Source of the DNA: an uncultured Alphaproteobacteria bacterium
GTDB taxonomy: Bacteria > Pseudomonadota > Alphaproteobacteria > Micavibrionales > SZUA-601
Direction of reading: 5' to 3'
Assembly (NCBI GenBank): GCA_965651535.1
Contig: CBFGSX010000002.1
Location: 1 to 34,195 of the forward strand
Length of the DNA stretch: 34,195 nt
In this document: positions 7,562-15,469 of the stretch, in pieces
Layout of the letters: the number at the start of each line of letters is the position of its first letter
Numbering within the stretch: the stretch's first letter is position 1
Program-made: the position numbers and the translations under genes
Notes under the pieces: model-generated
What the model saw: the letters and a program-made list of their open reading frames with translations, nothing else
Told to the model about the DNA's origin: nothing
Database searches by the model: none

Positions 7562-8254
7562 ATGGAAAAACGTGAACACCATTTCTACGGGCGGCGCAAG
7601 GGGATGCCGCTTCGCAAGGCCCGCGCGGAATCGCTGGCGCGCGTCCTGCGGGATTTTTCAATCCCGCCCGAGATTCTAAAGGAAGAAGTGATCGACCCGT
7701 CGGCGTTGTTCGGTGCATTCCGTTCGCAGGAAATCCGGTTTGAAATCGGTTTCGGCAATGGCGAGCATCTGGTGACGCAGGCGCAACAGAATCCGGGTAT
7801 CGGTTTCATCGGCTGCGAGCCTTTTGTCAACGGCGTGTCGGCGGCGGCGAAACAGGTGGCCGAACACGATCTGAACAATATCCGTTTTTATGCCGATGAT
7901 GCGCTGCCGCTTTTGGAGAAATTCACCTCCGGCTCGCTGGACAGAATTTTTCTTTTGTTCCCCGATCCGTGGCCCAAGACGCGCCATCACAAGCGCCGCT
8001 TTATCCAAAGCGACACGGTGGCGTTGTTTGCACGGCTGCTCAAATCCGGCGGGTTGCTGCGTCTGGCAACCGACGACCGCAATCTGGCCGAGTGGATGCT
8101 GATTCACACGGTGCAGAATCCGGATTTCCTTTGGAAAAACTTTGCCGACGGGAATTGGGACGCCGCGCCGGGCGACTGGACGGAAACGCGCTATCAGCAA
8201 AAAGCCGCCCAACAGGGGCGGCTTGGGAAATTCATGGATTTTACACGAGTCTAG
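7562..8254 (+). CDS. trmB: tRNA (guanine46-N7)-methyltransferase
   Basis: FYGRRKGMPLRKA, EIGFGNGEHL and LLFPDPWPKTRHHKRRF are TrmB motifs. The ATG directly abuts the metK stop codon. Confidence 0.93.
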   Translation: MEKREHHFYGRRKGMPLRKARAESLARVLRDFSIPPEILKEEVIDPSALFGAFRSQEIRFEIGFGNGEHLVTQAQQNPGIGFIGCEPFVNGVSAAAKQVAEHDLNNIRFYADDALPLLEKFTSGSLDRIFLLFPDPWPKTRHHKRRFIQSDTVALFARLLKSGGLLRLATDDRNLAEWMLIHTVQNPDFLWKNFADGNWDAAPGDWTETRYQQKAAQQGRLGKFMDFTRV

Positions 8255-8640
8255 CGCGCTTGCTGCGTTTCCTGATCATGCGCGGATTCGGGTTTCAGCC
8301 CGGCCATGATGTTACGGTTGATCTCGATGGCGGCATCGATATCGCCTTTTCCATCCATGATTTGCAGCGTTTCCTTGTCCACCCAAAGAGAGATGGAAAC
8401 CAGCGCGGCACGCAGATCCTGCGGCAGTTTGTTGTAATCGCTTGTAAGGTCTTGACGGAAAGCGGCCCAGACATCGCGGTTCCATTTCGCGGCATCGACG
8501 CGTTGCTTGGTGTCGGTGGGGTTCTCACGCGATTTGATTAGGGCGGTTGTCACTTGCGCCAGCAGACGATACTCGATATCGCGAGGATCATCCTTGTTGG
8601 TCTGGGCGGATTGATACGTGTTGTAACCGGTATTCGACAT
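8251..8640 (-). CDS. flaF: flagellar biosynthesis regulator FlaF
   Basis: This 129-aa protein shows a FlaF-like pattern: DPRDIEYRLLAQVT...RDVWAAFRQDLTSDYNKLPQDLRAALVSISLWV. It lies immediately downstream of flgE. Confidence 0.7.
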   Translation of the reverse strand: MSNTGYNTYQSAQTNKDDPRDIEYRLLAQVTTALIKSRENPTDTKQRVDAAKWNRDVWAAFRQDLTSDYNKLPQDLRAALVSISLWVDKETLQIMDGKGDIDAAIEINRNIMAGLKPESAHDQETQQAR

Positions 8641-8665
8641 GAGATTTCCCTGTGACCTCTTTACC

Positions 8666-8692
8666 TTATCCGAACCGTGTTAACAAATTTTG
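8666..8692 (-). promoter_or_regulatory. candidate flaF promoter (sigma-28-like CAAAATTT-N11-TCGGATAA; overlaps a TTCA-N7-TTAAC CtrA-like box)
   Basis: On the minus strand, each half matches 6 of 8 positions of TAAAGTTT-N11-GCCGATAA. The motif lies between the flgE terminator and the flaF ATG. This is a motif match only. Confidence 0.25.
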
Positions 8693-8706
8693 AAAGAGCA
8701 AGAAAA

Positions 8707-8737
8707 AGCCCCTGAAATTCTTTAAATTTCAGGGGCT
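8707..8737 (-). terminator. rho-independent terminator after flgE
   Basis: A perfect 13-bp stem pairs AGCCCCTGAAATT (8707-8719) with AATTTCAGGGGCT (8725-8737) around a 5-nt loop. On the minus strand it is followed by TTTTCT. Confidence 0.75.
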
Positions 8738-8750
8738 TCATGCTATATTA

Positions 8751-10712
8751 TTAGCGCAGTCTCAGCAATTCCTCGAGCATCTGGTCGGTCGTGTTGATGA
8801 CCTTGGTGCCCGCGGAGTAAGCGCGCTGCGTGACGATCATTTTCGAGAATTCGTCCGCCAAGTCGACGTTCGAGGCCTCGAGGGTCGAGCTTTCGACAAC
8901 CCCCGCGCCGCCCGTTCCGGCTTCGCGCAAGTTGTATTCACCGGACGAGTCGCTTTCCTGGAAGATGTTTCCGTTGCGGGCGATCAAGCCGTTGGCGTTG
9001 GCGAAGGTCGCAATCGGCAGCTTGTACAGCCTTGTGCTTTCACCGTTGCTGAAGCGTGCGATCACGAAGCCGTCTGCATCAATCGACACACCGGTACGCA
9101 AGCCCAGCTCGGCACCGTTCTGGTCGGTATAGACGACGTTATACGTTCCCGCATATTGGGTAAAGTTACTGACATCCAGTTCAATGGTTTGTGCCAGAGA
9201 GCCGTTACCCCAGTCGATATTCGCCAGCGTGATGATCGACGGGTCATTCGCCACGTTGACCGAGCCATCGGCATTAAAGTTGAGCATACCGCTTGTCAAC
9301 AGCAAGCCCGTCGGGCCGACAAATTCCACGTGCCACCAGTTCTGGGCGTTGGCTGTCTGATCCAGAGGGGCCAGCGTGCTAGGGGCCAGCGGCGGCGGAT
9401 AGGTCGTGGCCGAAAGGCCGAGCGCCGCCAGACCTGCAACCGACAATTCGTTGCCACCGCCGCCGACACCGTCGATGACAAGGTTGAGGCCCGACTGGTC
9501 GGCCGCGATCACGATATTGCCGCCGACATCGAACTGCGCGTTGATATCCGGCAGGGCGTTGATCTGCGCGACAAGGGCCGAGGCACTGTCTCCGTCATTG
9601 ATCGTGACCGTCTGCACGGGCAGGGCGCCGACCTGGATAGTAAAGGTGCGCGGATCGCGGGCCTGGGTCATGAAATCAAGGCCCAGCGCATTCAGGTTGG
9701 CTTCCGTGATCGGTTGCGAGCCGCCGAAGCGGATCTCAATCGGCGTGTTGGCCGTCAATTCAAGACGGTCAGCCACGGCCGATGCAGGAGAACCCGTAAA
9801 GGCCGCGTTGATGGCGTTCACAAGATCCGACAATTCCCAGGCGGGGTCGAGCGAGATGGTCGAGTTCTCGCCGTTCAGGTTGATGATGAATGTATCGCCC
9901 AGAGAAATGCCCGGCGCCACGGTGCCAAGCGTAGCAGGAGAGGTAATATCCACCGTGCTGGTCAGGGTTGCAGTTGAAGCGATGGAAGGGAACTGATCCA
10001 TCAAATTCGCTACATTCTGCACGTTTGTCACACCGGCGGCCGTTGCCGTCGGCGAGGTGGTATGGAAGAACCGCATGGTGATGTCCTGCGATTGTCCCAG
10101 AGAGTCATAGACACGCAGCGCGCGGCTGAAATGCGGGCTTTGCGTTGCCGGGGTCGCCAGAGGGTACAGGTAAGGCGTTTCGTTCGCATCCAGGTTAAGC
10201 GCGGCGCGGGCGCTGGTCGTCGGGCGCGTCACCGATCCCAAGAATGCGACGTCCACCGGAACCAGCGAGCCGATATCGCCTGAACCTGATGGAATGTTGC
10301 CGTCCTGGTCGACGGGCCAGCCCATTAGGAATTTGCCCGCAGGAGAGACGAGATAGCCTTGCGCGTCTTCGGAAAACTGTCCGGCGCGGGTGAAGAATCC
10401 TTCCTGCAACCCGTCATTGACGCTGTTCTGCACGACGAAGAAACCGTTACCCGAGATGGCGATATCGGTAGCCGAACGGGACTGTTGCAGAATGCCCTGC
10501 TGGTCGATACGCGCCAGAGTCGAGGCGCGCACCGCACCGGGCGAATAGGCGGTGGAACGCGTCTGTGCCGTGACCAAGCTGGAGAAGGCCGCTTCGGAAC
10601 GCTTGTAGCCGACGGTATTGACGTTGGCGATGTTGTCCGAGATCATGCCCATCGATTGCGATTGCGCGTTGAGGGCCGACACACCGGCAAAAAGGGAACC
10701 GTATAAACTCAT
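8751..10712 (-). CDS. flgE: flagellar hook protein FlgE (long form, 653 aa)
   Basis: The N-terminus is MSLYGSLFAGVSALNAQSQSMGMISDNIANVNTVGYKR, followed by GNGFFVV. The C-terminus is LEASNVDLADEFSKMIVTQRAYSAGTKVINTTDQMLEELLRLR. It follows flgD. Confidence 0.9.
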   Translation of the reverse strand: MSLYGSLFAGVSALNAQSQSMGMISDNIANVNTVGYKRSEAAFSSLVTAQTRSTAYSPGAVRASTLARIDQQGILQQSRSATDIAISGNGFFVVQNSVNDGLQEGFFTRAGQFSEDAQGYLVSPAGKFLMGWPVDQDGNIPSGSGDIGSLVPVDVAFLGSVTRPTTSARAALNLDANETPYLYPLATPATQSPHFSRALRVYDSLGQSQDITMRFFHTTSPTATAAGVTNVQNVANLMDQFPSIASTATLTSTVDITSPATLGTVAPGISLGDTFIINLNGENSTISLDPAWELSDLVNAINAAFTGSPASAVADRLELTANTPIEIRFGGSQPITEANLNALGLDFMTQARDPRTFTIQVGALPVQTVTINDGDSASALVAQINALPDINAQFDVGGNIVIAADQSGLNLVIDGVGGGGNELSVAGLAALGLSATTYPPPLAPSTLAPLDQTANAQNWWHVEFVGPTGLLLTSGMLNFNADGSVNVANDPSIITLANIDWGNGSLAQTIELDVSNFTQYAGTYNVVYTDQNGAELGLRTGVSIDADGFVIARFSNGESTRLYKLPIATFANANGLIARNGNIFQESDSSGEYNLREAGTGGAGVVESSTLEASNVDLADEFSKMIVTQRAYSAGTKVINTTDQMLEELLRLR

Positions 10713-10761
10713 GTTCGTCTCCTGTGAAGGTTAAATATTATCGTTCTTGTTCTGATCCGTT

Positions 10762-11700
10762 TCAGGGGAGTCTCACCGACTGAACCGTATCGATCGGCAC
10801 CTTCTGATTACCGATTGTAAGCATGACCGCGCCGTCCACGACTTCGACGCCATTGACGAGGGCCGGGACAACCGTGCTGGTTTTAATCGCGCGTCCGTCC
10901 TTGTCCGTTGCACCCACCTGGATGTAATAGCTGCCGATGGAAACGGGCTTGCCGTCCTTGTCGACGCCCGACCAGACAAAATTATGTTCACCCGCTTTTT
11001 TGTCGCCTTCACCCGACCAGATCAGATTGTCGTCGAAATCGAAGATACTGATCTGTGTTTGGAAGGCGTCTTTCTCGAGGGTGTATTTCAGCGTGACATT
11101 GGTGGATGCGCGTGAATAATTGAAGTTTTCAACGGGAGTTTCAGCCGTAACCGGATTGCCGTTGATGTCTTTGGCCGAGACCTTGAGCTTGTAGGCGCCT
11201 TCGGGCATTTGCACGCCGTCATTATTGACGCCGTTCCAGACAAAGTTATAGCCGCCCGGCTCGACATCGCCGGTATACGACCAGATAAGTTGATCTTCGC
11301 TGTTGAAGATTTCGACCGTTGCCTCGGCGGCGTTTTCGCCGACCGTATAGTCGAATTGCAGCGCCGAACCGCCCTTGTAGGTGAAGTCCGAACCTTTGTA
11401 GTCGACATTCATGCCGATATAGCTGAGCAGGGTCGAGTTGATCGCCGAAGTCTGGTTCAGCTTGATCAGCTCGTTCAATTTATTGGTTTGCGAGATGGAT
11501 TGCTCGACCTCGGCCAGCGCGATCAGCTGGTTGGTCATGTCCTTGGTGTCCATCGGATTGAGCGGATCCTGGTTTTGCAGCTGGGTCGTCAGCAGTTTCA
11601 GGAACTGGTCGTAGGTCTGGTTCAGGCTCGAGCGTGCGGCATCGGTCGTGCTGTCTACGCCGGCCACGCCGCCAAGGGAAAGGGTTACTGAATCCAACAT
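10762..11700 (-). CDS. flgD: flagellar hook capping/assembly protein FlgD (two tandem Ig-like domains)
   Basis: The FlgD N-domain reads DQFLKLLTTQLQNQDPLNPMDTKDMTNQLIALAEVEQ. Two related FlgD-Ig-like segments follow. Confidence 0.9.
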   Translation of the reverse strand: MLDSVTLSLGGVAGVDSTTDAARSSLNQTYDQFLKLLTTQLQNQDPLNPMDTKDMTNQLIALAEVEQSISQTNKLNELIKLNQTSAINSTLLSYIGMNVDYKGSDFTYKGGSALQFDYTVGENAAEATVEIFNSEDQLIWSYTGDVEPGGYNFVWNGVNNDGVQMPEGAYKLKVSAKDINGNPVTAETPVENFNYSRASTNVTLKYTLEKDAFQTQISIFDFDDNLIWSGEGDKKAGEHNFVWSGVDKDGKPVSIGSYYIQVGATDKDGRAIKTSTVVPALVNGVEVVDGAVMLTIGNQKVPIDTVQSVRLP

Positions 11701-11712
11701 CCGTTCTCTCCG

Positions 11713-13557
11713 TTACGCGTGATAATTCACGCGGGTATCGCTGATGATCTGTCCGTCACTATGCACGTTTAATGCCAAGTCCTGCACTTTGGCGTCTTCC
11801 GGGTCGCCGCCGAGGCGCTTGCGCCCCGAAAAACCGCCTTTGGGATCGCGCTGTTCGCGCAGGTTGAAACTGAGATTCTCCTGCGAAGTGTTGAGACCTG
11901 CCTGGTTCAGCGCCTTTTCAAGCTGCGCGGAATCTTTTTGAAGCAAAACAAGGGTTTCCGGCTTATCCACGGTGACGACGACTTGCGTCGTACCGTTGCG
12001 CTGGATGTTCAGGCGCAGCTCGACCTTGCCCAGTTCGGCCGGGGAGAGCTGGATGTTGATTTGCGACGATTTCCCGGCGGCAAGATTGCGGATATGCACC
12101 AGCACTTGCTGCGTGGCCGAGGATTGCGCCGAATGTTGCGGCAGGCTTGCGGCGTTGAGCGCGCGGGAAAATTTTGCCGCGTTCAGGGCATTCGGGGAAA
12201 GGGCGGTCAGCCCGTCGCCGTCCGGCATGGCGACCAGTCCGGCATCGGCGGCGGCAAAAACGGGCGATGCGGCCAAAGCCGGAGCGGCGATGTGTGCTTG
12301 CGCGCGCGCGGCAGAGGCTGCCAAAGCATTGGCGGTATTATTCGGCGCGGCGTTTTGCGGCGTCGGCATCTCGCGCGGGGCGCGGCCCTCTTTGGCGTTA
12401 CCGATTTGCGGCGCGGGTTTTTCGCGAGAAAGGGATAACAGCGAGTCTTCACCCTCGCCATCGGTGGAATCGGGTTGCGGCCCCGACAGGTCGAGCAAGG
12501 GTTGCTCGCCTTTGGGCTTGGCATCGGATTTGACTATGGCTTCGGCAGCAACAGAAACGACGACGGGTGTGGCAGCCGGTTGGACGACAGCCTCGGCTTT
12601 TTGAACCGGGACATTCGGGTTAGCTTCCGCCTTGACGATTTCTACCGGGGTGATGGTGTGCACCGGGTCGGCGGCGGGCTTGACGATTCCGTCAGCGGCG
12701 ATTTTCTCCGTCAGGGCTTTCGGAATAAGAATTTCGGCTTCGTTTTGCGGTACCAGCACGGCAGCGGCGCGCTCACGCAGGGTTTCGGCCCCGGCATGGT
12801 GGCTGGCATTGACCAACGCCTTGAGCGCCTTGACGGCGCGCAACACGTCGATCGTTTGCCCTTCCTTGGCAAAGCCGGAGAGTTTCAATTCGGCAAAGAG
12901 ATCGGCCAGTTCCTTGGGCCAGATAAGGGCATCGCCTTTGTCACCCGTCTCGGCGGGAAGCGTGGCGGATATGGGTTTGAGAACAACATTCATTTCGCGG
13001 AACAATGAAATGAATTCGCTCATAAATTCAACAATCTCGGCGGCGTTCATCTCTTCGGGCTGTGCCAGGAAGATTTGCAACGCCTCGGCCAATTCGTCCG
13101 GCAGATCGATCTTGCCCTGTTCCTCGGCGCGGAGCAGAAAGGCTGCAACCTGCTTGAGGGCTTCGACGGGGCGGTCGTCCTTGACCGGCACGTCGTCGCG
13201 CGAGAGGATTTCGGCGATCTTGGCACGGATTTTTTCGTCGGGGCTGGCAGGGGCTGGCGCTGGCGCGGATGCGGCGGAAGCCTCCGGGGATTCTTTCGGA
13301 GAATCCTTGCGGCGCAGGCCGCGCGTATGTTTCAGGAAAGCGGTCTCGCGCGGGGCGTCGGCTTTGGGCGCGTCGGCGGCTTTTTTCAGGATGGCTTTAA
13401 GGTCGGTGTCGCTGCTGCCCAAGGCGGTCAGGCGGGCCATCATCACGTCGAGGAATTGCGCGCCGCCAAAGCCTGCACCATCTTGCATATCAAAGGCGGA
13501 GCGAATTTTGAGATCGCCGGAAAGGTTGACGGCGTTTTTGGGGCTGACATCGGCCAT
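11713..13557 (-). CDS. fliK: flagellar hook-length control protein FliK
   Basis: The C-terminal Flg_hook-type domain reads QINIQLSPAELGKVELRLNIQRNGTTQVVVTVDKPETLVLLQKDSAQLEKALNQAGL. The central region is long and Ala/Pro-rich. I chose ATG 13557 because AAGGA lies 5 nt upstream. Confidence 0.8.
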   Translation of the reverse strand: MADVSPKNAVNLSGDLKIRSAFDMQDGAGFGGAQFLDVMMARLTALGSSDTDLKAILKKAADAPKADAPRETAFLKHTRGLRRKDSPKESPEASAASAPAPAPASPDEKIRAKIAEILSRDDVPVKDDRPVEALKQVAAFLLRAEEQGKIDLPDELAEALQIFLAQPEEMNAAEIVEFMSEFISLFREMNVVLKPISATLPAETGDKGDALIWPKELADLFAELKLSGFAKEGQTIDVLRAVKALKALVNASHHAGAETLRERAAAVLVPQNEAEILIPKALTEKIAADGIVKPAADPVHTITPVEIVKAEANPNVPVQKAEAVVQPAATPVVVSVAAEAIVKSDAKPKGEQPLLDLSGPQPDSTDGEGEDSLLSLSREKPAPQIGNAKEGRAPREMPTPQNAAPNNTANALAASAARAQAHIAAPALAASPVFAAADAGLVAMPDGDGLTALSPNALNAAKFSRALNAASLPQHSAQSSATQQVLVHIRNLAAGKSSQINIQLSPAELGKVELRLNIQRNGTTQVVVTVDKPETLVLLQKDSAQLEKALNQAGLNTSQENLSFNLREQRDPKGGFSGRKRLGGDPEDAKVQDLALNVHSDGQIISDTRVNYHA

Positions 13558-13630
13558 GACTATCCTTGCGGGGGAGTGTCTTCTGGGTTGGAAGAGCCGG
13601 GCGCTTCCTGCGCCCTTGCGCGTCACTAAA

Positions 13631-13646
13631 TGCAAGGGATATGCCA
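13631..13646 (-). promoter_or_regulatory. sigma-54 (-24/-12) promoter for fliK-flgD-flgE
   Basis: The minus strand reads TGGCAT-ATCCC-TTGCA. It lies 74 nt upstream of the fliK ATG. Confidence 0.7.
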
Positions 13647-13718
13647 GATTGATAATATGTTGTTTATCAATCGGATGAATTTTGAGATTGAAGTGATTTA
13701 TCAGGCAGAAAATGCCGC

Positions 13719-14642
13719 TTAGGGCATTTCTTTCAGGGCTTCAAGAACGGTGAAGCGGCTGGCGAACATGGCAATGCCCCCCGCCAGAACGGGAGAGACG
13801 GCCAAGATCATCCACTCGATCCATGTGAGGTTCAGCTGGGGCAGCAGCGTGTCGCCCAAGCCTTCCTTGATCCAGGCCAGACCCGTCAGGGTCAGAAAGG
13901 CCAATGCCAGCCCCGCCGCCGCGCCCTCGGTCGCCAGACGAAAGGCCTGACGCTGAAACTGGCGGGCGATATAGGCGTCGGTCGCGCCGATCAGGTGCAG
14001 CAGATCAACCTCGTCCTTGTGGAGAGCCAGGCGCGTGCGCGCCGTCGCCGCGACGGTCAACGCCGTCGTCAGGGCCAACACCAGGGCAATTCCCACTAAT
14101 ATCATCCGTCCGGCCTTTGCGAGTTTCAATAAATCTGCCAGCCATTCCTCGTGCGTGTCAAGAACGGCCTCGGGCAGGGCGGCTTTGATAACGCGGCGGA
14201 TGGCGGCATCGTCGGCGGCTTCGATCCCTTCAAGTCGCGTCAACTCGATCAATTTCGGCATGGGCAGGTCGGCAATCGCCGCGTTCTCGCCCAGCCACGG
14301 CGCAACGAGGCGGTCGATATCCTGATCCGACAAAGGTTTGGCGACAATGCCCGGCAAGGCGTTCAGCCCTTCGGTCAGGCGTTTGATATTTTCGGCGTTC
14401 TTCGTTTGCGCGTGCGGAATCTCGACCGTCATGCGTCCTGTCAGCCCGTGCTGCCAGTATTGCTGCATATGGTTGAGGCCGAAAATCAGCACGAAAGACA
14501 GCAGGCACAAATACGTCATCACCCCGACGATCCACACCACCAGATGCCCGCCGCTGCCGCGATGCAGCGGCAGATCATAGCGCCGTCCGCGCACGACGCT
14601 TTTGGAAAAGCCCGCGATGGACTGAATCTGCGCGATCATCAC
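13719..14642 (-). CDS. ftsX: cell-division ABC transporter permease-like protein FtsX
   Basis: This 307-aa protein has four predicted TM segments. Its start overlaps the ftsE stop codon (ATGA). It has the alphaproteobacterial FtsX-like N-terminus (...[26 protein letters not shown]). Confidence 0.85.
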   Translation of the reverse strand: MMIAQIQSIAGFSKSVVRGRRYDLPLHRGSGGHLVVWIVGVMTYLCLLSFVLIFGLNHMQQYWQHGLTGRMTVEIPHAQTKNAENIKRLTEGLNALPGIVAKPLSDQDIDRLVAPWLGENAAIADLPMPKLIELTRLEGIEAADDAAIRRVIKAALPEAVLDTHEEWLADLLKLAKAGRMILVGIALVLALTTALTVAATARTRLALHKDEVDLLHLIGATDAYIARQFQRQAFRLATEGAAAGLALAFLTLTGLAWIKEGLGDTLLPQLNLTWIEWMILAVSPVLAGGIAMFASRFTVLEALKEMP

Positions 14643-15316
14643 GCCGCCTTTTTCTGGCCGTCGAGGATGCGGACGCTGCCCTTGTGCAGATTGAGCTGGG
14701 GGTGGCCGAATTGCTGGACGAGGTGCTCGTTGTGCGTGGCGACGACGATGGTCGTGCCCATGCGGTTCAGCTCATCGAACAAATAAAGCAATCGCGTGCC
14801 GATCGTGTCGTCGAGGTTGCCCGTCGGCTCGTCCGCCAAAAGAAGGCGCGGGCGGGCGACGACGGCGCGCGCGATGGCGACGCGCTGTTTCTGACCGCCC
14901 GACAGGATCGGCGGCTTGGCGTTCATGTGGTCGCCCAAGCCCACCCATTTGAGCAGATCGGTGACATTGGCCTTGATCTCGGTTTCGGGAACCTGCGAGA
15001 TGCGCAAGGGCAGCGCCACGTTGTCAAAGACGCTCAGATGGTCGAGCAGGCGGAAATCCTGGAACACCACGCCGACCTGACGGCGCAGCGGCATCAGGCG
15101 CTCGCGGTTCAAACGGTGCAGGTCTTGTCCGAACATGGAAATTTTGCCGCGTGTCGGACGGCGGCCCAGATACAGGAGCTGCATCAGGGACGATTTTCCC
15201 GCCCCCGACGGCCCCGTCAAAAAGTGAAAAGACCCCGGCTGCAAGGTGAAATTGAGGTCGTGCAAGACCTCGGGGCCGGTATTATAGCGCAAAGCGACGT
15301 TTTCAAAGCGGATCAT
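14639..15316 (-). CDS. ftsE: cell-division ATP-binding protein FtsE
   Basis: [23 protein letters not shown] starts the protein. It carries Walker A (GPSGAGKSS), the ABC signature ([14 protein letters not shown]) and Walker B ([12 protein letters not shown]). The start is ATG 15316, and the longer track ORF is an upstream extension. Confidence 0.92.
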   Translation of the reverse strand: MIRFENVALRYNTGPEVLHDLNFTLQPGSFHFLTGPSGAGKSSLMQLLYLGRRPTRGKISMFGQDLHRLNRERLMPLRRQVGVVFQDFRLLDHLSVFDNVALPLRISQVPETEIKANVTDLLKWVGLGDHMNAKPPILSGGQKQRVAIARAVVARPRLLLADEPTGNLDDTIGTRLLYLFDELNRMGTTIVVATHNEHLVQQFGHPQLNLHKGSVRILDGQKKAA

Positions 15317-15469
15317 GGGGGTTATTATAAGGGGATTATGGGTTTTGTCACCCGCTTCCATCATGGGCCTCCGGACCAAGTCCGAAGGCCGTGGAAATTT
15401 AATCAGAGCGGCTTTATTTTCTTGAGAATGCGCGTAAAATGGGCGGAAAATAAACTTTCCGAGAAACCC

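Noticed and set aside
6362-7582. A 406-aa minus-strand ORF.
   Set aside because: It lies antisense to an unmistakable metK gene. Its composition is Arg/Ala-rich shadow-ORF type.
14684-15469. The N-terminal 262 codons of the 1142-aa ORF that contains alaS.
   Set aside because: This part is antisense to ftsE. The AlaRS homology begins exactly at Met 15470 ([15 protein letters not shown]).
15317-15469. An imperfect hairpin, GGCCTCCGGA-CCAAG-TCCGAAGGCC, and a TAAAAT -10-like hexamer in the ftsE/alaS divergent spacer.
   Set aside because: The stem has a mismatch and there is no convincing -35 partner at 16-18 nt. This is insufficient to call a promoter or regulatory RNA.
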